From the NCBI GenBank assembly GCA_964016885.1, contig OZ024741.1, positions 141,794,001-141,858,000 on the forward strand: 64,000 bases of DNA, given 5' to 3'. The notes under the pieces were generated by a model, which searched no databases, was not told the DNA's origin, and worked only from the letters and a program-made list of their open reading frames with translations. The DNA comes from Eledone cirrhosa (lineage: Eukaryota). This document shows, one piece after another, positions 42,602-54,592 of the stretch. Position numbers and translations under genes: made by a program. Positions within the stretch are counted from its first letter, which is position 1. Each line of letters opens with the position of its first letter.

Positions 42602-43612
42602 TGCTTTATACTTCAGCAAAATTTCATGTTCAACTGAAACTTCATTCCATAAGGCTGCCAAGCGAACTCCTTAACCGCATAGCCATAACTAAAAATTCGC
42701 TCCTAGATGGATATAACATATGCCGAGTGCTTTCGGAAAGTATTGTTCTTAACATGAATTATGTAAGAGCGTAGAATGAAATCTGACCTGTGTGCATATT
42801 TTACCAATAATATTAAGGATTTTATAATTCTGGATGACGTTAAAGGTGTTTTTTTTGTAGTTTGAAATGTGAAGAAAGAATCAAGAAGACGCCATTTATC
42901 GATATAATAGCCTTAATGAATAGAAATATGGGTTATAATCATGTCGAGATTATGGTCGATTGCTACGTAGGCGCGAATACCAGCTCCCATTAAAATCTTT
43001 ACATTGAATATAAAATTAATCGATAGTGCATACAAAATTGTAATTTTCAAATTGTAAATTACTTTCTGAATTTCTTTTTTCTTTCCAGTCATTCAGTGTA
43101 TCACCTTAGAAGAACTTTCATGCATTTGAAGCATTTAAATAATCAGTCTTGCATCTAAATTAAATTTTCTAGCATGACATAAAAGCTAAGGGGAAAATGG
43201 GTAGCTTGAAACTTGCAGTCATCATTGTTGTTGCTGTTGCTTTGTTTTGTCTTTAGTTACTCTGATGACAAAGTAGTTTTGTAGAGCATTGAATAATTGA
43301 TAACACTGATTCTGAAATATCCTAACGATCTCCATGTGGTATAATATTTTTTTTATAGCCATGACAAAAAACAGAAATAAGAATTTGAAAGTAGCTATCA
43401 AAATCCATTGTACACTGGGATGCAATGCTATTCTTATGGACTGATATAATCATCGTATACAGGGCTGCAGTTATCTAAAACAGTGCTACAATCATAATCT
43501 TATAAAGAATGAGCCAAAAGTCAAAAGGGGTTCTGAAATTTTAATAATTTTTATAATTACTCTTTTGTATTTTTCTTTAGTGATTTTACTAAGAGAACCT
43601 TAGAGATTAAGA

Positions 43613-43667
<55 letters not shown>

Positions 43668-43797
43668 GTATATGAAGCTATGTTATATTAAATTTAAGAC
43701 AAAAATATGAAGGAGCTATTGAATATTGAAACCTCAATGTGACATTTCGCCCACCCTGTACATAAAATATGAAATGGTAACGAATGCCAAGTGAATA

Positions 43798-43924
<127 letters not shown>

Positions 43925-44100
43925 AGAATGGATATTCAATTTGTTGGTAATTCAACAAATATAAATGTTTATAACTGATTGTAACTGATTATAAATGTTT
44001 ATAACTGATTATAAATGTTTATATCTGACTATCCAAGGATAACTTGAACCGTTAAGGTATATTCTCCTTGGTTATGTCAAAATTGATAAAACACACTTCG

Positions 44101-44165
44101 TATTTTATCTGATGATAGCGTACCAAAAGTGTTGGTACCCTTGAAATATATATAATAGAATAAAT
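44101..44165 (+). ncRNA. Hammerhead-like motif in a pLTR fragment
   Basis: ttat-CTGATGA-tagc-gtacca-aaagtgt-tggtac-cctt-GAAA-tata-TA-taat. The stem I register is imperfect. The homologue at 2961-3002 has lost the GAAA half. Confidence 0.5.
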
Positions 44166-44201
44166 ATGGTTTTATAAATATAGTTTCCATTTATTTAATA
44201 T

Positions 44202-44231
<30 letters not shown>

Positions 44232-44232
<1 letters not shown>

Positions 44233-44927
44233 CAAAGAGTTAAAACGATCAAATTTTAGTTTAGAACATTTATTAGCTGACAATTGTTTCTTCCAGAGGG
44301 AAGTCTGGTATCATCGGAGCATAAGGAATGTCGAAAACGTAACTAGAATCCTAGTCATTTAGAACATTTACGGTCCATAATTATTATTAGTGTCAAAGGC
44401 ATCATGTGGAGAGTCAGGAGTTAAAAAGATGTTCCGCTTGAAATAACACAATTACAGGCAGCACTGGTTGGAAGTGTAATAGGTATAAGTAAAAGTAAAA
44501 ATCACAAGCAAAAAGAACACAGGCAAATAAGTTATAAGCCAGGACGATTGGTGTACAATTTATGCATTATTGACTGTATTGACTCCTGCATTGTACACCA
44601 ATCGTACTGGCTTATAACTTCTTTGCCTGTGTTTTTTTGCTTGTGATTTTTTTGCTTGTGCTTTTTACTTTTACTTATATCTATTACACTTCCAACCAGT
44701 GCTGCCTGTAATTGTGTTATTTCAAGCGTAACATCTTTTTAAGTCCTGACTCTCTACATGATGCCTTTGACACTAATAATAATTATGTACCCTAAATGTT
44801 CTAAATGAATAGGATTCTAGTTACACGTTTTCGACATTCCTTATGCTCCGATGATACCATACTTCCCTCTGACTAGGAGTCAGCTAATAAATGTTCTAAA
44901 CTAAATTTTGATCGTTTTAACACTTTG
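44232..44927. repeat. About 700-bp head-to-head inverted pLTR-like palindrome
   Basis: 44232-44558 is a diverged reverse complement of 44591-44927, with a spacer of about 32 bp. Confidence 0.9.
44273..44323 (-). ncRNA. Type I hammerhead with variant core CCGAUGA
   Basis: Minus strand: gct-CCGATGA-ta-ccaga-cttccc-tctgg-aa-GAAA-caattg-TC-agc, with a GUC triplet. Confidence 0.65.
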
Positions 44928-45104
44928 TAAAACACTTGAAAATTTGCATTGAGCCTTTTGTCATACCAGTAACCGGCTAGTACTTAGTACTACCCTACAT
45001 ATTTATAGTTATATCAAACATATATAAATATAAATAAAAATATTACTAATATATATATATATGATAAAGAACACAAGAGCGTCTACAACATCAAAAGATT
45101 TTTA

Positions 45105-45156
45105 TTTTCTTACAATGTTTCTTCCTTACGTAACCGTAGGATTCGTCAGAGCTATA
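45105..45156 (-). ncRNA. Hammerhead-like motif in a pLTR remnant
   Basis: Minus strand: ct-CTGACGA-a-tcctacg-gtta-cgtaagga-a-GAAA-cattg-TA-ag. The core is intact and stem I is short. Confidence 0.6.
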
Positions 45157-46370
45157 AAAGGGGTTTGATTGGTGTTATGGACTCTACCAACCAAACATTC
45201 AAGAACAAAGAGTAAAGAGAGTAAAGAACAAAAGTAGGGGACGATAAGTCTAATTTTAGTGCGGAAGGGTGGGGTGTAGGTCCTTGTTTACTAGCTGCGG
45301 TCATATTCATTCCCGGGAGTCGAGTGGTTAGCTGAACCAGAGATGGGGTGGCGTCGATAGTATGGTGCAGAGGGTGTGCAGAGGCTACACAAACACAAAG
45401 GGCATACAATATATATATATATAACGGAGGAGAAGGTACATGAGGTAATTAGAAATGGAAAAAGAGTAATAATAATAATCTATAATTAATAATGTATAAT
45501 AAGGCATGGGGAAAATTACACTATAATAAGGTATAAAAGTAAGAATAAGGTAAAATATAAAGGAGGATAAAAGTGGAAATAATAAAGAAATATAAAATAT
45601 AAAAAATATAAAAAAATATATATATGTAAAAAAATATATAGAGAATATAAAGAAATATAAGCGAATATTTGGAGGGGAAAACACAATGTAAAAAAACCGA
45701 TTTTTTCAAATAAAAATAAAAATATTATGATTATGGGGGGAGAAAACGGGATAGAGAAATATGATCAAAGTTGAGAGAATATAAGATGATAATAGTTATG
45801 TCAAGTTTATACATCTTAATAATAAATAATCTGTGTATCAGAGTTACAGAACCTTCAATTCACTTACAGATTCAAGCCACGTGGCATAGTCCATTGTTTA
45901 TCTGTGCGGTCATGCGCGTTTGTTTTTGACACCACAGCAGATGCACAAGTTCGTAAATTCCAATGCAGATAGAAATCTATTTTTGCTCACCCGGACATTG
46001 ACGGAGGATCCAATATTCCTAGTTCAATATGTGTGTGGTGTTATTTTGGTCGCACAAATCAATCACTTGGTTCAATATTATGGAGTATGGTTTTCTGGTC
46101 TTCGTAACAGTGTCAGCGGTTGTATATCTCGAAATCACAAGGATCACAGTACTCCGGTTTGGTGTGATTATCGGTCATCCAGCTATGTTGTTGGTGGTTG
46201 GATTCAATTCTATTAGCCCTAACCTTGAACTTTGGTGTCGTTAGAACATTAACGAGGCAGGGTGAGATCGCATCTGTGGTACAAAACGGTACGCAAGGAA
46301 ATTCTTCGTCTTCGTTTCATCCGGGTCCAGCAGTCACGTGCAAGAACCGCTACGTAGTAATTGTGGGGTT

Positions 46371-46698
46371 AATCGGTCAAGTCAGCAACTGACCGAAAAT
46401 TCTCTTAGGAATTCAGACAGGCATGACAGGCACATTTAGGTCAGCAGCTTCTTTATGTGTACGTGTGTCCGACACACACAGACACACATTTATATGTATT
46501 TCAACTCAAAAAACTCAATTGATTCACCCACTGGTACTACAATCGGTCAAGACAGCAACTGGCCGAAAATTTCCTTAGGAATTCAAACAGGCATGACAGG
46601 TACATTTAGGTCAGCAGCTTCTTTATGTGTACGTGTGTCCGATACACACAGACACATATCCATATGTATTTCAACTCAAAAAATTCAGTTGATTCGCC
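46371..46698. repeat. Two-copy tandem duplication, 170-bp period
   Basis: aatcggtcaag.cagcaact begins at 46371 and again at 46541. Confidence 0.9.
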
Positions 46699-47361
46699 TA
46701 TTGATATTATATCTGTGTTGCTCAGATGTGCATGTTGTGGTGTTCTGGTCGTGCATAGCATTCACTGTGTTTTGCCATTACCTTGGAATGTGATGTTATG
46801 GTCATCAATAGTCCGGCAAGCGCATTTCTCTCTTATATTGCGGAGAATGGTGTTCTGGTCCTCAGTAAACATTTGGGTCAGCAGGAGGGGTGGTGGTTCT
46901 CAGTTTCAACTTCGACAATACATATGTGTTACTCTGCATATCGTGCTCCTCTCAAAGAAGAGTATTATACGAGGAATTCGTGCCACACACCACATATAGA
47001 GAGGATTTCTACAGAAAAGTATACATAGATATACACATATATACACACATCATACACTCACACATACACATACACACACATACGCATACATACATATATT
47101 CACATACATGTCACATATACACATACACACAATATAATACGCATGCATACAATATACATATATATATATATATACAATATACATGCATACAATGTACGCA
47201 CACATGTATGCATGCACACACATACACACACACGCAAAAACACCAACCTTGTAGGGACTGTACCACCCTTAGGGTACCTATCTATCTGGGTTACGGGTTG
47301 GGGGAAAGGGGGAAAGGGGGGAGCTATAGTCTAGGTGTAGGTTGCGTGATATATGTTACGT

Positions 47362-49908
47362 CTATGTGCTAGGTTTAAAATAGAAGAAGGAACTCAGGAT
47401 TTTGTGTTGGCAAGAGGAGAAAATTTCCGATTTCCTGTTAAGCAGGTTCAGTTTAGAGTGTATTATGGCATGTCATTCCAGTAAACACAGGTCACAACTT
47501 CCACTCTGCGGTCGGTATAGCGTGGATCTAGTAAGCAGCTTCAACCAAAAAAGTTTGTATGGGGTACTATTATTTTTTTAAAAGGAGATGTATACCGCCA
47601 GTGAGGTGGCATTCTTATGTCTATCGTGTCTAAATGTGTACATATGCGCGTTAAATCTAGTTTTAAATGTATTGGACGTTGCTCCTATATATGTTTTGGT
47701 AGAGTTGTGTGTGGTTACGTCACATGCATATACGATGTTTTTCATGAGGCAATCCCCCCTTAGGGGACAATTACTACTCCGCCTACAATTGCAACTGCGG
47801 GTTCGATTAGTTAGCGTACCTCCCGAAGTTTGGTTACTAGCATTATCACTAGGTGCCTCTATATCATTAGATGGCTCATTGATGCTATTATGTTGCCCAT
47901 TTTCCAGTGTAGTCGGTTGCTGGTGGTTAACTGCCATTTTAATTGCTTCGAAACCTTCCCTAGTTTTCCTAATGTTCGTGCGTGCTAGGTGTGATGCGAG
48001 GTTAGGTGTGGTCGAATAGGATAATTTAATTACGTTTTTGTTAATTATGTTGCGATATCTATTGCCTGGTGGGAAGTTTTTTTCCAATAATGAGAAGAAT
48101 ACTCTGGGGGGGTTAGTGAGGACCTCAGAGTTAAAAGGTGGGTTAAAATACATGTTTTTCCTTCTTCTATTTTTCTTATCTGTGGGGTGTGTCTCGCTAC
48201 TGTGCGTACTATTTTGTAGGGTTCCGTTATTAACGTTAGTGGCGTTGTCTGTTTTGCTTAAGCCGCCCGGATGGTTTATATTCATGGCGTGATCATTTAC
48301 TGTTTTAGAGTTGTGGTGAGGGACTCTAGTATTGTCTTTACGTGGTTTACATTTAGCTGGGTTACCGCCGTTAGGGTTCTTACTATTATTCTTGCCTCTA
48401 AGTTGGTTAGGCTTTGTGGCCATACTATGTGTGATTATGTTGGTAGGTTTCACACTCATGGTTTGGGAGTCCTTATGTATATATGATAATCTACTCCCGT
48501 AACCAGATTCTACTAGGGCCTTGTCATAATACTCTGCATTGGGGTTGAAGATACTCTCATTACAGGACAGTCTGCTTATTCTATTAGAGACCCCCTTGGG
48601 AATAGCGTTTAGGACTGATTTGGGGTGGTTAGAGCTGGCGTTTACATATGTTAGTCTATCGTTAGGTTTATGGTAGGGTGCAAATGTTTTACTTTCTAGG
48701 TCAAGGGTGGCGTCTAGGAAGTTTACTGTTTTATCATTTGCATCTATGGTAATACTTAGATTAAAGTTTTTAAAGAACCTACGTAACTGTTTCCTAGTTC
48801 TTTCTATATTGCACTTTTTATACTCGAGAGTGAGGAGGGCATCATCACGGTATAAGCCGCCCTTCAAGTGCCGTAATGTCTCATGTAACTCCTTTAAGAG
48901 GTACAATCCTACCAGGTCCGTTACTTGTGCAGAGTCACTAGATCCCATTGTGATGTCGAAGTTATTGGGCGTATTCTTGCGGGTCCACAATTCATCCTCA
49001 AATGTGATTATCGTTTTCCGGGCCGCAAGAATGACATCAATTTGAGACCTAGTGAGGTCACTTTTCTGCATGGCCATGATTAGGGCCTTATTAAGGAGTA
49101 TGGGGGAGATTGAGGTGTAGTACGCATCGATGTCGAATTGTATAAATTTAAGGGATTTATGGTTGCTAAGGCTTGAGAACCATTTCAAAACCTCTTCCGT
49201 ATTCTCCCATAGCTCTAGATACATTTTCCTCCTGATGGTCGGTATAACGCCGTCTAAAATTTTCTTACTGATAATTCCTATATCTGACTTCGATGGGCTA
49301 ATTAATCTAACAGAGGGTTTACTAATGAAGTCAGCCTTATGGTCTTTAAGGGTGAACCTGGGTTGCCTAGGGGTATATGGTTGGGTATACTTTTCCAGAG
49401 CTAGTTTATCCACTATGGCGCATGCTTCGTTATTAATTTCATCTAAGTTTGCGCTTGTTGTCTTTTTATAGTTTCTATTTAATTCATTGTATATAAACCT
49501 ACGATACGTATCATAATTTAAGCTATAATTATTTCTGGTTTTATCCGTGGTGACCAGGATATCTCTTTTATCGTTAAAGTCCTTAACTAAGGTTTCCAGT
49601 TTCATCCGGAATTTGTTGCTATTCCCATGGGGGTTTTTAAACTTAATATTCCTTAATAGTGATAGGAGGTCATTCTCAAATCTATCTAGCATGGAATTAT
49701 GGGGCGGGCTCCTATAGGTTTTAAAACCGAATTTGTTATTGGGGGACACCGTGGTTGATTTCTTATTTCTCTTATCGAAGTGGAAAGTGCGCCATCTAAT
49801 ACGCTTAACGAAGTAGTTGACACTAGCTATCAGTAATTTCTCATAAGTAGTCCTGGATGGGGTTGGGATGTTCTTGAGTGATATAGGTAGGTAGTCTTTA
49901 GTTAGCAT
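47362..49908 (-). pseudogene. Naiad-type Penelope-like element polyprotein (RT + GIY-YIG + C-terminal Cys/His motif); open for about 776 codons, then two in-frame stops
   Basis: SLKNIPTPS...KRIRWR; TLKDHK...VRLISPSKSDIG; FIQFDIDAYYTSI; ITMGS; GGLYRDDAL; FLDATLDL; YFNPPF; CNC...CPLRGDC...IVYAC...YIGAT...FKTRFNAH. The frame continues past the TAA at 47578 as ...CDLCLLE*HAII...LLNRKSEIFSSCQH to a TAG at 47362. Confidence 0.88.
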
Positions 49909-50197
49909 GCTGCCAATCAATTATAATCATACACACAAGGTGGACAGGTTATAAGGATTTAGCTGTAGAAGCTGTAGAAGCCATCTGCTCTGTATTGGGT
50001 ACCTTATTTACTGTTGTTACCCCCGATTGAACCCGGATAGACATATATATATATATATATATCTTCTAGGTTTGTTGGTTCACCACTGGATAGAACTGGT
50101 TATTCCGTATAGTCAACCTTGATGTAATATTATTACTCGACGTAATGCAACTCGCCCGTCTTCGTTTGTGTAGTTGGTGGTGCGAATACGGAGTTGA

Positions 50198-51385
50198 TTA
50201 TTATAAAATAACAGGTGGCTGGACTGGTGTAATTCCTTAAAGGTTTGTTGTACTATGAACATTTCAATAACCGGTGTATGAATCCCGTGACATCATTAGG
50301 TATTCCGAAATTTATCCAACAAAGGAATATAATAGACACAATCCAAGGGGCTGAGAAGCAGAGAGAGATGCCCAAAAGGAGAAGGCGGCCAAATATTAAC
50401 AGTTGCTAGTCCGGGTGGCCGCCTTCAAGTGAGGAATTTACTTAGTCTTGTCTTGTTGGTCTGGTCAAGTTTATAGTGTATATTACTACTACCACCGCAT
50501 CATGGACAGAGGCTAGCGGGAAGATCAGGTTACATAGAAGTTAGTCAGAAGTGCTAAAAAGTACTAAAAAATATATTTAAAAAAATATATATATAATGGG
50601 CGACTGTATAGTAGGTTTTTTAATGTAGAGTCAGAAATTACGATTAAAGATTAGAAATGTAAAATTTAAGTTTAGAATTAAAAGATATAACTTAAGATAA
50701 GATTGGTAAAGTAAGATTTAGGTTTAAAATTGGGAGATTTAGTTAAAGATTTGCAGAAGGAAGCATTTATGAAAAGGTTTTATTGATAGTCATAATAAAG
50801 TTTCAGGGTAGAATATAAAGTTAAGATTAAAAAAGTAAGATTAAGCCCAAGTTTAAGAGTACCGTTTGGCGGTCAATAACCAGTGCCGTGACGGACTCCC
50901 AGCCCACCCAGAGCCCAATGGCGTGTCAACCGTTCCGAGTATTTTCGTCTACCGAAAGAAAGGGAAATATATTTTTCCAACCACTCCAGGAAGGTTAACC
51001 GACTCAAACGCCGGGGGTGCTAGCGGGAAGCCCGCCACCGCCAGCTGATCATCGCGTATGCCAAACGATTATTAGTTATTCACACTAGTGGGGGATTTAG
51101 TTAAAGAACTAGTAGAAGGAGGCATTTATGTAAAAGTTAAATATACTTTTGATATTCATGATAAATTTTTAGGGTAGAATTTAAAGTTAGGATTAAAGAT
51201 TAAGCTTGGATTTTAAAAGTACTGTTTGGCGGTCAATAACCGGTGACGCGACGGATTCCAAGCCCGCCCAGGTTCCCAAGGACGTAACAGCCGGATTTAT
51301 ACTGAACCCAGTCATTGAAATGTTCATAGTATAATAAACCTTTAAGGAATTACACCAGTCCAGCTTCCTATTATTTTATAAATAT
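50198..51385. repeat. Segment bounded by about 90-bp inverted repeats and containing a diverged direct repeat of about 190 bp
   Basis: 50198-50285 is the reverse complement of about 51293-51385. 50732-50925 resembles 51090-51288 (gtttggcggtcaataacc). Confidence 0.7.
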
Positions 51386-51490
51386 ATGTATATCTATCTA
51401 TACATATATTTATTAAAATAACAGATTAAAGTTTAAGAAAAGTTTAAGCAAAGAATCGCTGCTTCACCCTTAACGGGAACTTCTGAAACT

Positions 51491-51582
<92 letters not shown>

Positions 51583-51588
<6 letters not shown>

Positions 51589-53926
51589 ATAAATGCTCTG
51601 AAATAGCGATATATATGTGAATATAGACATAGAATATTCGAAAATATTCTGTATGTTTATAATAAACATTTTGAAGACCTAATCGCTATAGAATAGAATA
51701 CGTCACGTATTACAATTAGATTCTCGATAAAAGCAAGGGAAGTAATCTACGCGTTTCATTCTCGTTAGAAATCATCAGGACTACATATCCAGTGCTTTTA
51801 TCGAGAATGACACAGCTAGAGACTTATAGAATACTTAGCTGTGTACAGGAACTGGTTTGAAAGAGCGGTTGCCGGTCCGGCAGAAATTAGAAATTGGAAT
51901 AAATGCTCTGAAATAGCGATATATATGTGAATATAGACATAGAATATTCGAAAATATTCTGTATGTTTATAATAAACATTTTGAAGACCTAATCGCTATA
52001 GAATAGAATACGTCACGTATTACAATTAGATTCTCGATAAAAGCAAGGGAAGTAATCTACGCGTTTCATTCTCGTTAGAAATCATCAGGACTACATATCC
52101 AGTGCTTTTATCGAGAATGACACAGCTAGAGACTTATAGAATACTTAGCTGTGTACAGGAACTGGTTTGAAAGAGCGGTTGCCGGTCCGGCAGAAATTAG
52201 AAATTGGAATAAATGCTCTGAAATAGCGATATATATGTGAATATAGACATAGAATATTCGAAAATATTCTGTATGTTTATAATAAACATTTTGAAGACCT
52301 AATCGCTATAGAATAGAATACGTCACGTATTACAATTAGATTCTCGATAAAAGCAAGGGAAGTAATCTACGCGTTTCATTCTCGTTAGAAATCATCAGGA
52401 CTACATATCCAGTGCTTTTATCGAGAATGACACAGCTAGAGACTTATAGAATACTTAGCTGTGTACAGGAACTGGTTTGAAAGAGCGGTTGCCGGTCCGG
52501 CAGAAATTAGAAATTGGAATAAATGCTCTGAAATAGCGATATATATGTGAATATAGACATAGAATATTCGAAAATATTCTGTATGTTTATAATAAACATT
52601 TTGAAGACCTAATCGCTATAGAATAGAATACGTCACGTATTACAATTAGATTCTCGATAAAAGCAAGGGAAGTAATCTACGCGTTTCATTCTCGTTAGAA
52701 ATCATCAGGACTACATATCCAGTGCTTTTATCGAGAATGACACAGCTAGAGACTTATAGAATACTTAGCTGTGTACAGGAACTGGTTTGAAAGAGCGGTT
52801 GCCGGTCCGGCAGAAATTAGAAATTGGAATAAATGCTCTGAAATAGCGATATATATGTGAATATAGACATAGAATATTCGAAAATATTCTGTATGTTTAT
52901 AATAAACATTTTGAAGACCTAATCGCTATAGAATAGAATACGTCACGTATTACAATTAGATTCTCGATAAAAGCAAGGGAAGTAATCTACGCGTTTCATT
53001 CTCGTTAGAAATCATCAGGACTACATATCCAGTGCTTTTATCGAGAATGACACAGCTAGAGACTTATAGAATACTTAGCTGTGTACAGGAACTGGTTTGA
53101 AAGAGCGGTTGCCGGTCCGGCAGAAATTAGAAATTGGAATAAATGCTCTGAAATAGCGATATATATGTGAATATAGACATAGAATATTCGAAAATATTCT
53201 GTATGTTTATAATAAACATTTTGAAGACCTAATCGCTATAGAATAGAATACGTCACGTATTACAATTAGATTCTCGATAAAAGCAAGGGAAGTAATCTAC
53301 GCGTTTCATTCTCGTTAGAAATCATCAGGACTACATATCCAGTGCTTTTATCGAGAATGACACAGCTAGAGACTTATAGAATACTTAGCTGTGTACAGGA
53401 ACTGGTTTGAAAGAGCGGTTGCCGGTCCGGCAGAAATTAGAAATTGGAATAAATGCTCTGAAATAGCGATATATATGTGAATATAGACATAGAATATTCG
53501 AAAATATTCTGTATGTTTATAATAAACATTTTGAAGACCTAATCGCTATAGAATAGAATACGTCACGTATTACAATTAGATTCTCGATAAAAGCAAGGGA
53601 AGTAATCTACGCGTTTCATTCTCGTTAGAAATCATCAGGACTACATATCCAGTGCTTTTATCGAGAATGACACAGCTAGAGACTTATAGAATACTTAGCT
53701 GTGTACAGGAACTGGTTTGAAAGAGCGGTTGCCGGTCCGGCAGAAATTAGAAATTGGAATAAATGCTCTGAAATAGCGATATATATGTGAATATAGACAT
53801 AGAATATTCGAAAATATTCTGTATGTTTATAATAAACATTTTGAAGACCTAATCGCTATAGAATAGAATACGTCACGTATTACAATTAGATTCTCGATAA
53901 AAGCAAGGGAAGTAATCTACGCGTTT
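51583..53926 (-). mobile_element. Non-LTR retrozyme-like tandem array, left arm: about 7.6 units of 310 bp with 7 complete hammerheads on the minus strand
   Basis: attggaataaatgctctg starts at 51583, 51893, 52203, 52513, 52823, 53133, 53443 and 53753. I saw no differences between units. No ORF is present. Confidence 0.9.
51742..51784 (-). ncRNA. Type I hammerhead ribozyme of unit 1 (repeated every 310 bp up to 53602-53644)
   Basis: Minus strand: gtagtc-CTGATGA-t-ttct-aacg-agaa-t-GAAA-cgcg-TA-gattac. Predicted cleavage falls between 51748 and 51747. Confidence 0.9.
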
Positions 53927-54117
53927 TTATTATAAACATACAGAATATTTTCGAATATTCTATGTCTATATTCACATATATATCGCTATTTCAGAGCATT
54001 TATTCCAATTTCTAATTTCTGCCGGACCGGCAACCGCTCTTTCAAACCAGTTCCTGTACACAGCTAAGTATTCTATAAGTCTCTAGCTGTGTCATTCTCG
54101 ATAAAAGCACTGGATAT

Positions 54118-54160
54118 GTAGTCCTGATGATTTCTAACGAGAATGAAACGCGTAGATTAC
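54118..54160 (+). ncRNA. Type I hammerhead ribozyme
   Basis: CTGATGA at 54124-54130, GAAA at 54145-54148, and a GTA triplet ending at 54154. Stem I gtagtc/gattac is extended by attctcgataaaagca/tgcttttatcgagaat. Confidence 0.92.
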
Positions 54161-54427
54161 TTCCCTTGCTTTTATCGAGAATCTAATTGTAATACGTGAC
54201 GTATTCTATTCTATAGCGATTAGGTCTTCAAAATGTTTATTATAAACATACAGAATATTTTCGAATATTCTATGTCTATATTCACATATATATCGCTATT
54301 TCAGAGCATTTATTCCAATTTCTAATTTCTGCCGGACCGGCAACCGCTCTTTCAAACCAGTTCCTGTACACAGCTAAGTATTCTATAAGTCTCTAGCTGT
54401 GTCATTCTCGATAAAAGCACTGGATAT

Positions 54428-54470
54428 GTAGTCCTGATGATTTCTAACGAGAATGAAACGCGTAGATTAC
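54428..54470 (+). ncRNA. Type I hammerhead ribozyme (second plus-strand copy)
   Basis: Identical to 54118-54160 and 310 bp downstream. Confidence 0.92.
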
Positions 54471-54592
54471 TTCCCTTGCTTTTATCGAGAATCTAATTGT
54501 AATACGTGACGTATTCTATTCTATAGCGATTAGGTCTTCAAAATGTTTATTATAAACATACAGAATATTTTCGAATATTCTATGTCTATATT

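Noticed and set aside
43735-43765. Tc1/mariner-like TIR end (TACAGGGTG on the minus strand)
   Set aside because: No matching second TIR or transposase remnant found nearby.
47473-47475. In-frame TGA in the Naiad C-terminus as selenocysteine (some Naiads are selenoproteins)
   Set aside because: It follows CDLCLLE at a position that is usually basic rather than Cys, and it lies downstream of an in-frame TAA. The conserved Cys positions use TGT/TGC and I saw no SECIS. A CGA-to-TGA decay is the simpler explanation.
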